DNA from: Candidatus Gastranaerophilales bacterium
GTDB taxonomy: Bacteria; Cyanobacteriota; Vampirovibrionia; Gastranaerophilales; Gastranaerophilaceae
Reading direction: 5' to 3'
Length of the DNA stretch: 64,000 bases
NCBI GenBank assembly: GCA_910587055.1
Contig: CAJUKY010000003.1
Coordinates: 34,499-98,498, forward strand
The notes under the pieces are model-generated. The model was given only the letters and a program-made list of their open reading frames with translations, did no database searches and had not been told where the DNA came from. This document shows, one piece after another, positions 44,788 through 53,537 of the stretch (the stretch's first letter is position 1; every line of letters starts with the position of its first letter). A program made the translations under genes and the position numbers.

Positions 44788-44809
44788 TATACTTAATAAG
44801 TCGTATTAT
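44781..44809 (+). promoter_or_regulatory. Near-consensus sigma70 promoter (TTGACA-17 nt-TATTAT) for the glycine-rich gene
   Basis: Read directly: ttgaca 44781-44786 and tattat 44804-44809. About 90 nt upstream of the ATG at 44907. Confidence 0.5.
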
Positions 44810-44906
44810 TTAATTAAGTTTAAATTTTATGCATGGAAAAATCTGTCTTCTTTAAGACAATACTCCTGCAAAACGTTTTGTTTATCTTAAATAAAGGTTA
44901 CGAAAA

Positions 44907-47480
44907 ATGAAAAGTTCATCGCTTATCAGTGCACTTTATCGTGCATTATCAAATTTACACAAAAGCACGGGCGCGCAATTTGCTGCATTTTCGCTAGTTG
45001 AAATGCTCATGGCTCTCCTTGTGGCTTCGCTTTTGCTTGCAGCATTAGCCCCTGTTATGACAAGAAGACTCGGGGATAATGTTAACGTAAATGTAAATGC
45101 GGGAGGCACAAAATCGGATTATTCCCGTACTTTTTATGAAGATTTTGAATGGGCTGTTCCAAACGGCGTTAATGTAATTAATGTTACTTCAGTCGGCGGA
45201 GGCGGAGCCGGCGGGGGTGCAACGTATGGTTTTAAAGAGGTAACATCATCTGAAAGCAATTGGACTGTTCCTGCAGGTGTTACCAAATTAAGAGTGTTTA
45301 TGGTAGGTGCAGGCGGAGGCGGTGCAGGCGGCGGGCTGAACACTGATTTTGATTATGCTAATATTCCCGCAATAAATAATGCAGAATTACAGCAAACAAA
45401 TGCAGGTACATATGTGTTTACAAATATTGCAGCCATACCAAGCACATATACTGCACCCGCTTTAACGGCAAGATGCTCTGATTCAGGCATAACGCAATGG
45501 ACCATTGCATCAGACAATACAACGGTTAATCCCAATGCAAAGTTTGGCAAGTTTTTAAATAATATCACCTTAAATAAGGTTACCGCATGCGGTGCAGGAG
45601 GCGGAGGAAGCACTGCACCAGGCGGTTCAGGCGGTTATTTGGTTAATAACGCACTTAATATAACAGCCCCCGCCTCTTCCATTACGGTAAAAGTAGGTAG
45701 TCCTGGCGGCAATGGTAGATATACCGGCGCTTCAATCTCTTATGCTTTAGTTGTAGCGGGAGGTGCTGGAGGTACAGGCGGTACTGCAGGTAGTGCAGGC
45801 GCAAGAGCAGATTGCAACGGAAATTCCGCCACAGCCTGTGATGCAAGTAGCAGCGGGGGCGGGGGCGGTTCTACAGCTATCTTAAATGCAGGAACTATGG
45901 TTTTTGAAGCACCGGGCGGGGGCGGGGGCGGGGGCGGTGGTGCTATCTCCAGCTTTCCTTGCGCTGACACTAATGCATATGGTCTTTCAAATGGCGGAGG
46001 GGGTAATGGAGGAGGTTCCTTTAATCCAAATTTTGGCCGTGGCGGGGGCGGGGGTCAAGCTTGGTGTAATGGACGAGGACTTATAGCTGGCAGCGGGGGT
46101 TCAGGATATGTTGCAGGAGCAAACGGGGCTGCCGGCGGCAACCGTGCAAACGGCGGAGGCGGCGGGGGCGGTATAGGCGGTGTTGGAGGCGGCAAGGGCA
46201 CATTAAATTCAATTTTTGGAACATCAAAATGTAATGCAGGCTGCTCTGGTGCTATTAAATTATGGTACAGCGTAGCTTCCGTTGCAAACGGTTTAAAATG
46301 TCAGTATTATGCAAAATCTAACAGCGGCGGCGGAGGCGGTGCGGGCCAGATATGGATTGGCGAAATATCCGTAACACCGGGGCAAAAACTCAATTTTAAT
46401 ATAGGAATAGGAGGAGAAGGCACATCTTCCTACGGCAATAACGGATACGGAAGAAACGGCGGTGACGGGGGAAGTACATCAATTTCCGCGGGCTCTTCCG
46501 CTTTGATTTCCGTATCAGGCGGCAAAGGAGGCAAATACGAATCATCCGATAATGAAACATATATTAATAATACATACGGTATGGGCGGAGGAATAAAAAC
46601 AACAAGCGCTACTGTCGGAAACAACGTTATAAAGTATGTTAATTGGAAAGGAAGCAATTTTCATACAGGCGGAGAAAACGGCGGAAGCGCCAAATCATAT
46701 AATAATGGCGGAGGCGGAGGCGGAGGCAAAGGCGGACAGCTTTATAATCTAAACGGCATTCTTGTTAAAGGCGGTGTTGAAGGTGGAGCCCAATCAAACG
46801 GAGGTGATGCACTATCTTCAAGCTACGGCGCAGGCGGCGGAGGGGGCGGAGGCATAGTTAATGACGGCAAAAGACCGGGGCACGGCGGCAAGGGTGCTAA
46901 CGGATATATATACATTGAATGGGGAAGCACAAACGGCGGCGGCGGAGCATCCGGCCAAATAGCAAATTATAACGGTGTTTGGGTAACACCCGGAACAAAA
47001 GTGCAAATAACCGTAGGGAAAGGCGGTGAAGCACCGGCAATAAGCACTGCGGGAAATATTCAGCAAGGGTTAAAAGGAAATAACGGCGGCGACAGCTTTA
47101 TCACAACAAATGAAGGTAAAAAAGCCGTAGCTAAAGGCGGTGAAGGCGGATATGCAGGAAGCTCAAGCCATGGTAAGGGCGGAAACTATGATAATTCTGT
47201 TACTGATTCTATAAAAGGAGAGGATGGCTCTGATGATTACGGAGGAATCGGAGGAACAATAACTCCCGATATATGTCCTTTGTTTGATTCTCTTATGGGA
47301 TTAGGAGGATGTGGAGGTAATATGCCTAACGGTAATTGTAACGGAGCATATTCAAGCGGAGCAGGAAAAAATGCAGGAAAAACAGGCGGAGGCGGTGGAG
47401 GCGGAGCTATTAATAACGGTACGGCATACACGGGCGGTAAAGGTGCAAACGGTATGGTAGTGATTGAATGGAATAACTAA
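44907..47480 (+). CDS. 857-aa glycine-rich modular protein with prepilin-type (class III signal-like) N-terminus
   Basis: Basic leader, then AA/FSLVEMLMALLVASLLLAALAPV (Glu at +5, about 20 hydrophobic aa). Repeated modules: VPxGV...GGGGAGGG; GQI..VTPG.K..I.IG.GGE; G(K)GANGxxxIEW. Confidence 0.8.
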   Translation: MKSSSLISALYRALSNLHKSTGAQFAAFSLVEMLMALLVASLLLAALAPVMTRRLGDNVNVNVNAGGTKSDYSRTFYEDFEWAVPNGVNVINVTSVGGGGAGGGATYGFKEVTSSESNWTVPAGVTKLRVFMVGAGGGGAGGGLNTDFDYANIPAINNAELQQTNAGTYVFTNIAAIPSTYTAPALTARCSDSGITQWTIASDNTTVNPNAKFGKFLNNITLNKVTACGAGGGGSTAPGGSGGYLVNNALNITAPASSITVKVGSPGGNGRYTGASISYALVVAGGAGGTGGTAGSAGARADCNGNSATACDASSSGGGGGSTAILNAGTMVFEAPGGGGGGGGGAISSFPCADTNAYGLSNGGGGNGGGSFNPNFGRGGGGGQAWCNGRGLIAGSGGSGYVAGANGAAGGNRANGGGGGGGIGGVGGGKGTLNSIFGTSKCNAGCSGAIKLWYSVASVANGLKCQYYAKSNSGGGGGAGQIWIGEISVTPGQKLNFNIGIGGEGTSSYGNNGYGRNGGDGGSTSISAGSSALISVSGGKGGKYESSDNETYINNTYGMGGGIKTTSATVGNNVIKYVNWKGSNFHTGGENGGSAKSYNNGGGGGGGKGGQLYNLNGILVKGGVEGGAQSNGGDALSSSYGAGGGGGGGIVNDGKRPGHGGKGANGYIYIEWGSTNGGGGASGQIANYNGVWVTPGTKVQITVGKGGEAPAISTAGNIQQGLKGNNGGDSFITTNEGKKAVAKGGEGGYAGSSSHGKGGNYDNSVTDSIKGEDGSDDYGGIGGTITPDICPLFDSLMGLGGCGGNMPNGNCNGAYSSGAGKNAGKTGGGGGGGAINNGTAYTGGKGANGMVVIEWNN

Positions 47481-47504
47481 ATTTTTACGATAAAACAACT
47501 TTTT

Positions 47505-47541
47505 GGGTGCTGTTACCATGTAACCTCAGCACCCTTTTTTT
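47505..47541 (+). terminator. Intrinsic terminator of the glycine-rich gene
   Basis: gggtgctg (47505-47512) pairs with cagcaccc (47527-47534), followed by T7. Confidence 0.85.
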
Positions 47542-47689
47542 ACATTTTATAAAGGATGATTAAAAACACAATACATTATAAAATTATATTTAATCACTGA
47601 ATTATATTGTCCTCGACATCCACCCCACAAAATACTAGTTGAAAAGCGAGGTGGAAAGGAAAAAGAAAGATGAACAAGATAATGCTCAT

Positions 47690-47714
47690 CAAAAAAGCCT
47701 TACTGTTAGTAAGG
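47690..47714 (-). terminator. Minus-strand intrinsic terminator (probably for the 47843-51203 operon)
   Basis: gccttac (47696-47702) pairs with gtaaggc (47708-47714). A6 on the plus strand (47690-47695) gives T6 after the stem on the minus strand. Confidence 0.55.
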
Positions 47715-47842
47715 CTCATGATTGACCTAGTTTTGCTCTTTTTCTAGGACAAGGGAAGCGGTAAGGCAAAAGCTTTGCCGTTTCCTTTTATATTATAGCT
47801 TATTATTGATGTTTTGCAACTTGCTATTTTAAAAATTAAACA

Positions 47843-48910
47843 CTACGGCAGGCGGCGAATTAAGACAGAACCGTTTGTAGATATTTCAAAGCCTTCATCC
47901 GCGGTTTTTGAAAGCAAGCCTATTTCGCCAGTTTCAAGGTTTATACCCCAGCTTCCAAGGAAAAGGTGTTCTTTATTTTTCTTATCATAGGTATACGCAA
48001 CGCACACTACAATATTTTCATCTTTCGCATAAAATCCAAGAGGCTTTATATCCCATCTATAGCGGTTTAAATTTAAAAGTTCCTCATTAAACCAGTATTG
48101 TTTTATTGTTTCATTTAATTCATCATATTTAACGGCACGGGAGGCGGAATAATAAGCGCCGTCCAAATCGCCTTCCGCATCCTGCAGGTCATCCTCAAAG
48201 GATTCATCCAGAAAATAAACCCAGACATTCGTTTCATAGATACCATTATAGGCAGAACCTCTCTGTTCTTTAACAAGCACCTTTTTATTATCTTTTGACC
48301 AGTCAACTACGGCAAACGCGGAAAAAAGTGCTGTTTTCATATTTTCGTTTGTGCTTGAAATCAAGGGTTTTTTCTTTGCGCCTGCAAACACATTAGCATC
48401 AATTACGCGCTGCTTTTTGCCCTTCATTGTATCAAGCGGATAGATAAAAAATGCGGAAGTTGTCTGCCTTGATGAAGGATAATAATAGCATTCGGTGTAT
48501 GCCATAAATTTATAATCCGGGCTTATTACCCCCTGCGAACGGGCGCTTTTTTCAGCCTGCAATTTTTCAAGATTAAATTCGCGGCTTCCCGGGGCATTAT
48601 TATATTTTTCAAAAAATACGGGCCATTCAAGCTTTTTTACAAGGTTTTTATTTTCTTCTTCCTTATACGGCTCTGCTATTCTGTGTTCCATTTTTATATC
48701 CGTGGCGCGCTCCATCCATTCCTGAACTGTCTGCACCATGGGTTCGGCTTCTTTTTGCTGTTTTTTTTCAAGTTTCCTTTGTTTATATTCTTCAACAAAA
48801 TCACTCCATGGAAATTCCATTGCAGGGGTGCAGTTTTGAATAATAAGTACTAAAAACAGGGCTGCAAAAAGCCTTTCGGGTTTAATACCGTTAATTTTAA
48901 AACAGGGCAT
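47843..48910 (-). CDS. Exported or membrane-anchored hypothetical protein, last gene of the two-component operon
   Basis: N-terminal hydrophobic segment LFAALFLVLIIQNC. No recognised domain. Its start shares a base with the response-regulator stop. Confidence 0.65.
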   Translation of the reverse strand: MPCFKINGIKPERLFAALFLVLIIQNCTPAMEFPWSDFVEEYKQRKLEKKQQKEAEPMVQTVQEWMERATDIKMEHRIAEPYKEEENKNLVKKLEWPVFFEKYNNAPGSREFNLEKLQAEKSARSQGVISPDYKFMAYTECYYYPSSRQTTSAFFIYPLDTMKGKKQRVIDANVFAGAKKKPLISSTNENMKTALFSAFAVVDWSKDNKKVLVKEQRGSAYNGIYETNVWVYFLDESFEDDLQDAEGDLDGAYYSASRAVKYDELNETIKQYWFNEELLNLNRYRWDIKPLGFYAKDENIVVCVAYTYDKKNKEHLFLGSWGINLETGEIGLLSKTADEGFEISTNGSVLIRRLP

Positions 48911-49590
48911 TAAACAAGCCCTTCTTTTATGGCTTTTACCACAGCTTTTGTCCTATCTTCGAGATAAAGTTTCTGCAAAATATTATGAACATGGGCTTTT
49001 GTTGTTGAAATAGAAATTACAAGTCTTTCGGAGATTTCCTGATTTGTAAGCCCGTCAGAAAGCAGGCTTAAGACTTCAAGTTCTTTTCGTGTAAGCCCGT
49101 ATGAATTATTTTCGGATTTTTCTTTTTTTTCTATCATGGCGCTATTTTGAATATTACCAAGAACAACCCTTGCTATCACAGGGTCAAGCCAGCCGGCTTT
49201 TTGATTAACCGATTTTATTGCACCCGTAAGGGTTTCAAGGTTTGAGCCCTTCATAATATACCCGTCAGCTCCTGCACTCAATGCGGCAAAAACATCTTCC
49301 TTATCCTCGCGTGATGTAAGCATCAAAATCGAAGCATCCGAACCGTTTTCTTTAATTTTTTTTGTGGCTTCAATACCGTCAATTTTAGGCAGGCCTATAT
49401 CCATCAATATAACATCGGGATTTAAACGTGAGGCTAAATCTATCGCTTGAAGGCCGTCTTCCGCCTGTCCCACAAGGTCAAATTCAGGATTATTTTTAAT
49501 ATATAAAGCTGTGCCCATCCTTGCCATAATATGGTCTTCAACAAGGAGGATTTTTATTGTTTTTTGAGGCGCAGTTTCAACATTTATCAT
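48910..49590 (-). CDS. Response regulator, NarL/LuxR (REC + HTH_LuxR) family
   Basis: ILLVEDH...ILMDIGLPKIDG receiver. C-terminal LTRKELEVLSLLSDGLTNQEISERLVISISTTKAHV. Confidence 0.95.
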   Translation of the reverse strand: MINVETAPQKTIKILLVEDHIMARMGTALYIKNNPEFDLVGQAEDGLQAIDLASRLNPDVILMDIGLPKIDGIEATKKIKENGSDASILMLTSREDKEDVFAALSAGADGYIMKGSNLETLTGAIKSVNQKAGWLDPVIARVVLGNIQNSAMIEKKEKSENNSYGLTRKELEVLSLLSDGLTNQEISERLVISISTTKAHVHNILQKLYLEDRTKAVVKAIKEGLV

Positions 49591-51203
49591 ATTTTCACCG
49601 TATCAACAATTGCATTTTTTAGTATAAAACTGAATGTACAGCCTTTATCGGGTTCTCCCGATGCAAAAATATCTTTTGCCGTGCTTTTATTTTGAAGATT
49701 GGCACCGTTTGCCTGCGCATTGTGCGCTTCAATAATCTGCCTTGAAAGATACAACCCGAGACCCGTTGAGGCAGAGCGCTTTTTGCTTGTGCCTTGAGAA
49801 AATCTGTTAAACAACTTTTCAATATCTTCTTTACTTAAACCTTCGCCAAAGTCAACAATATCAACTCTTGCATCTTTTTTATCATAAGAAACATTGATTT
49901 TTATAATGCCGTCTTTTTTACTGTGCTTAATTGCATTGCCGAGCAGATTGGAAATAACCCTTCTTATTTCATTTTTATCGGCATTAATAAGGGTTTCGCC
50001 ATTACTGCCGTTATTTGTATCAGGAAAACTAAATTCAAACTTTAAATTATCTTCATATAAAAGAGGGGATAATTTAGAAGTACAGTCTTTAATCAGCTCT
50101 TCAAGGCTGAAGTGCGTTTTGCACAAAAACAGCTTGCCTGATTCATAGCGGTATACCTCCAAAAGCGCATTAACAAGCCCCAGCATATCTTCCGAGCTTT
50201 TTTTCATAACGGATAAAAGCTCTTTCAATTCATTATTAATATCCCCGAGCTCGCCATTCAGTGCAAAATCAAGAGCATTAATTGAAGCAAGAAGCGGCGT
50301 TCTAAGGTCGTGCGTTAACGTTGCAATAAAATCATCTCTAAGACGTTCATTTTCCTTCTGGAAAGTAATATCGCGGATGAGCGCTATTGTAAAATCTTCC
50401 CCGTTAAGGCTTACTTTTGCAAGATTGATTTCAACGGGAATTTTTTTATTTTCACTATAGTCTATTACGCTGAAATCCCTCAAAGTTTTTTCATCTTTTT
50501 TAATTTTTTGATTCTTTTCATTAATTATAAGTTCAAAGAAATTTTTTCCTGAAAGATTATCTTTTTCATTTGTACAAAAGAGCTTTTTTGCCTGATTGTT
50601 AACCTGAACAATCCTGTTATTTAAATCAAATAAAATAAGCGCATCGGATAAATTTTCAATTATTGTATTTAATTTAATATTTGAAACGTTTAAATCTTTT
50701 GTGCGCTCTTCAACCTTTTCTTCCAAAGATTTTGAATATTCTTCAAGTTTTTTATTTGCAATTTCAAGTTTTTCAATTTTATCTTTAAGCTGTTCTTTAA
50801 GCCTTGTACGCTCAATTCCGTTTTTAATATTTAAAATAATATCATCGTTGCCCCAGGGTTTTTCAATATATTTAAAAATGCCGAGCTCATTAATTGCCCT
50901 TATGGCATTTTCTTTATCGGCATACCCTGTTAAAAGAATCTGCGTGGTATCGGGGTGAATTTTCTTTGCCTTTGATAAAAATTCAATACCGTTCATTTTA
51001 GGCATAATAAAATCGGAAATAATAAGGTCGCAAGGGTTATTTTCAATGAATTTAAGCGCCTCTTCGGGATTGTTAAAGATATCTACGTTTGAAAAGCCCT
51101 CAATCTTTAAAAGAGTTTTGAGGGTTTTAATTACCATATCTTCATCGTCAACGATTACTATCTTACCGGTGATTAACATAATTACAGAATAATTTATTTT
51201 CAA
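49587..51203 (-). CDS. Histidine kinase with N-terminal receiver, coiled coil, PAS, HisKA and HATPase_c domains
   Basis: REC (IVIVDDEDM..DLIISDFIMPKMNG). H-box FIATLTHDLRTPL. N box (LLGNAIKHS). G boxes (DFGEGL, GLGLYLS). 4-nt overlap with the RR gene. Confidence 0.9.
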   Translation of the reverse strand: MKINYSVIMLITGKIVIVDDEDMVIKTLKTLLKIEGFSNVDIFNNPEEALKFIENNPCDLIISDFIMPKMNGIEFLSKAKKIHPDTTQILLTGYADKENAIRAINELGIFKYIEKPWGNDDIILNIKNGIERTRLKEQLKDKIEKLEIANKKLEEYSKSLEEKVEERTKDLNVSNIKLNTIIENLSDALILFDLNNRIVQVNNQAKKLFCTNEKDNLSGKNFFELIINEKNQKIKKDEKTLRDFSVIDYSENKKIPVEINLAKVSLNGEDFTIALIRDITFQKENERLRDDFIATLTHDLRTPLLASINALDFALNGELGDINNELKELLSVMKKSSEDMLGLVNALLEVYRYESGKLFLCKTHFSLEELIKDCTSKLSPLLYEDNLKFEFSFPDTNNGSNGETLINADKNEIRRVISNLLGNAIKHSKKDGIIKINVSYDKKDARVDIVDFGEGLSKEDIEKLFNRFSQGTSKKRSASTGLGLYLSRQIIEAHNAQANGANLQNKSTAKDIFASGEPDKGCTFSFILKNAIVDTVKI

Positions 51204-51312
51204 GCTTTAGACAAATATTTAACAAAAATTTAAAAAGCATAATTTAAAAAGGCTGATTTTTCTTTGTGGTAGAATTAAAAACAAGAGTTTAACAAATGAG
51301 GAATAATTTCTT

Positions 51313-53523
51313 ATGCAAAATTTAGAAAAAATGCTGATGGAAGGCGTAGAAAAAAATACACCCGAAAGCGTTAAAAATGATAGAGTTTTTGATTATACAA
51401 ATAAAGATAAATTCACATTCACTTTAACAAAGGATCTGGTTGAAAAACTGGGTTTAAAAAAATGGTTTGAAGGATATAAAAAAGAAGCAATGGTATCAAC
51501 CGCAGGCATAAGAGGCCCTCAGAATATTATATACCCGCATGATACAAGATTTCCGATTAATACAATCGGTATAACCCTTGCCACTCTTGCAAAAGCACTT
51601 GTTTTAAAAGAAAAATACCCCGATAAAGAGCTTGTAAAACTTGCAGGATGCGAAGTAAGATACAATTCAAAAACATATCTTGATTTAATTGCAAGAATTC
51701 AAGCGGCGCTTGGTATTAAAACGCTTGTACCTTCAAACAGGCAGACTGTTCCCATATGGCTTGCTTCATTTTTAGCCTTTAAGCTTGATTTAGTAGGGGC
51801 GGAATACATTACAAGCTCGCACGGTATAAGCGTTAAAAACGCAACAAAAGATTTAAACAACCAAGGGTCGCAGTTTTTGCCGAATGAAAGCCTTGAATTT
51901 GTAAATAAGATTGAAGAAATCTTAAACATTGCAGAAACAAAAGGCGAGTACAAAATTGAATTTTCAGCTTCAAATGATTCTTTAATTGATGAAAAATCAA
52001 TGGAGCGGCTGAATAACGGAATTGACCTTTATGTTGAATATTTAAGAGCAAATGTTGCAAACGATACAATTTTAAATAAAATCAAAAATTTTGATAAAAA
52101 AATCGTGATAGACGCTGTAGGCGGAGCTGCTTATAATACTTTATCAAAGATTTTAAACAAACTCGGTGTTGAAAAAACTTTCGACTGGCTGAATATTGAA
52201 GAAGACCCGTTTTTCCATTCAATCGGAAAAGATACTAAAAACGGTGCTTTTTATGATTGGTCGCTTGATATTACAGTGGTTTCCAAAAAGGATGGAAAAC
52301 CTTATTTCCCCGTGATTGAATCTTTAAAATATGATGAAAAACTTGCAAAATACCCGATTGGCACAGTCTGCCTTGTGACTGACCCCGATCATGACAGATT
52401 AAGCGTGGTACAAGTTGAAGATGCTTCAAAAAAAGATGAAGTTATAAAAGCGGGGGTAGATATTTCAGAACTTGGAAGCGGCAGGATTTTGTGTATATTC
52501 AGTGCAAATCAGGCATTTTTAATGATTATGGACTTCTGGACAAAATTATTAAAAGAAACCGGCGAATTTGATAAGCACACAAGATTTATCGTAAAAACCA
52601 CAGCAAGCTCAAAAAGCTGGGATGAATGGGCAAAAGCAAACGGTATTAAGGTAATCAATACTCCCGTAGGCTTTAAAGAAATTGCAAACGCTATTAAAAA
52701 GATTGAATTCCAGCTTGAAAAAGGGGTTCAAAATATTACGGTTGAGGATATTTTCAAAAATAAGGTTGAACTTGGCGGTTATTCAGACGGCGGGCCGAGA
52801 ATGATTTTCGGCGGTGAAGAATCAGGCGGAATGATTATAGGTTCAAACGATATTATAAAATCATTAAACGGCCGCTCAGCCCTTGCAATGAGAGAAAAGA
52901 GCGCAACTGAAGCTATAATTATTGCCTCAGGACTTGTTGCAAGTTTAAATGTACCTTTGTGGAAACATTTAGAGAATATTTACGATGAAAACAATATTAA
53001 AGCAAGGTATGATGTGCGCGACGATATTTCTTATTACAATGAATCAGAACCTGATATTGAAAAATTAAAGGCCGCAAAAACAGAAGGGGAAGCGCTTCGC
53101 ACAAAAAATGACGTGTTTTATTTATCAATTGCAATAGCGCTTGAAGAAGGGCTTATTACTTTAGATAATGCAAAAGAAATATTGTCTAAAACATTCACTG
53201 AACTTGATTTTTCAAATCTTACCGCCGTTAAATTTGTGGGAGACGGCACTTACCTTGATTTTGATGATAAATTTATCGAAATAAGACCCTCCGGCACGGA
53301 TGCTAAAACAAAAGCCTATGCAGGCGGAGGCGATAAGGCGCTTTTAGCGGAATGGTCAAAGACTCTTGGGAATTATTCAGGGGATTTAAATGAAACATAC
53401 AGAAAATATATAAGCGAAGAATTCGTAAATAATGCAAAAGAAAAATCATTAAAACTCTATGATATTTTTGCAAATAAAGACATAGATACCCGCGAATTTA
53501 AAATCCCTGAATATAAGTTTTAA
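51313..53523 (+). CDS. Divergent alpha-D-phosphohexomutase superfamily protein (PGM/PMM-like), 736 aa
   Basis: Four motif positions present but altered: ITSSHGIS (vs TASHNP), TDPDHDR (vs DGDGDR), GGEESGG, RPSGTDAKTK (vs RPSGTEP). Confidence 0.8.
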   Translation: MQNLEKMLMEGVEKNTPESVKNDRVFDYTNKDKFTFTLTKDLVEKLGLKKWFEGYKKEAMVSTAGIRGPQNIIYPHDTRFPINTIGITLATLAKALVLKEKYPDKELVKLAGCEVRYNSKTYLDLIARIQAALGIKTLVPSNRQTVPIWLASFLAFKLDLVGAEYITSSHGISVKNATKDLNNQGSQFLPNESLEFVNKIEEILNIAETKGEYKIEFSASNDSLIDEKSMERLNNGIDLYVEYLRANVANDTILNKIKNFDKKIVIDAVGGAAYNTLSKILNKLGVEKTFDWLNIEEDPFFHSIGKDTKNGAFYDWSLDITVVSKKDGKPYFPVIESLKYDEKLAKYPIGTVCLVTDPDHDRLSVVQVEDASKKDEVIKAGVDISELGSGRILCIFSANQAFLMIMDFWTKLLKETGEFDKHTRFIVKTTASSKSWDEWAKANGIKVINTPVGFKEIANAIKKIEFQLEKGVQNITVEDIFKNKVELGGYSDGGPRMIFGGEESGGMIIGSNDIIKSLNGRSALAMREKSATEAIIIASGLVASLNVPLWKHLENIYDENNIKARYDVRDDISYYNESEPDIEKLKAAKTEGEALRTKNDVFYLSIAIALEEGLITLDNAKEILSKTFTELDFSNLTAVKFVGDGTYLDFDDKFIEIRPSGTDAKTKAYAGGGDKALLAEWSKTLGNYSGDLNETYRKYISEEFVNNAKEKSLKLYDIFANKDIDTREFKIPEYKF

Positions 53524-53537
53524 AGGGCGCCTAATCA

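Noticed and set aside
45134-47431. Several 64-86-aa minus-strand ORFs rich in Pro/Ala (e.g. 45134-45343, 45740-45970, 47237-47431) and a plus-strand alternate-frame ORF at 45886-46086.
   Set aside because: They are the reverse-complement or frame-shifted images of the GGN glycine codon runs of the 857-aa gene. They have no independent start signals, and the main frame is continuous with a promoter and terminator.
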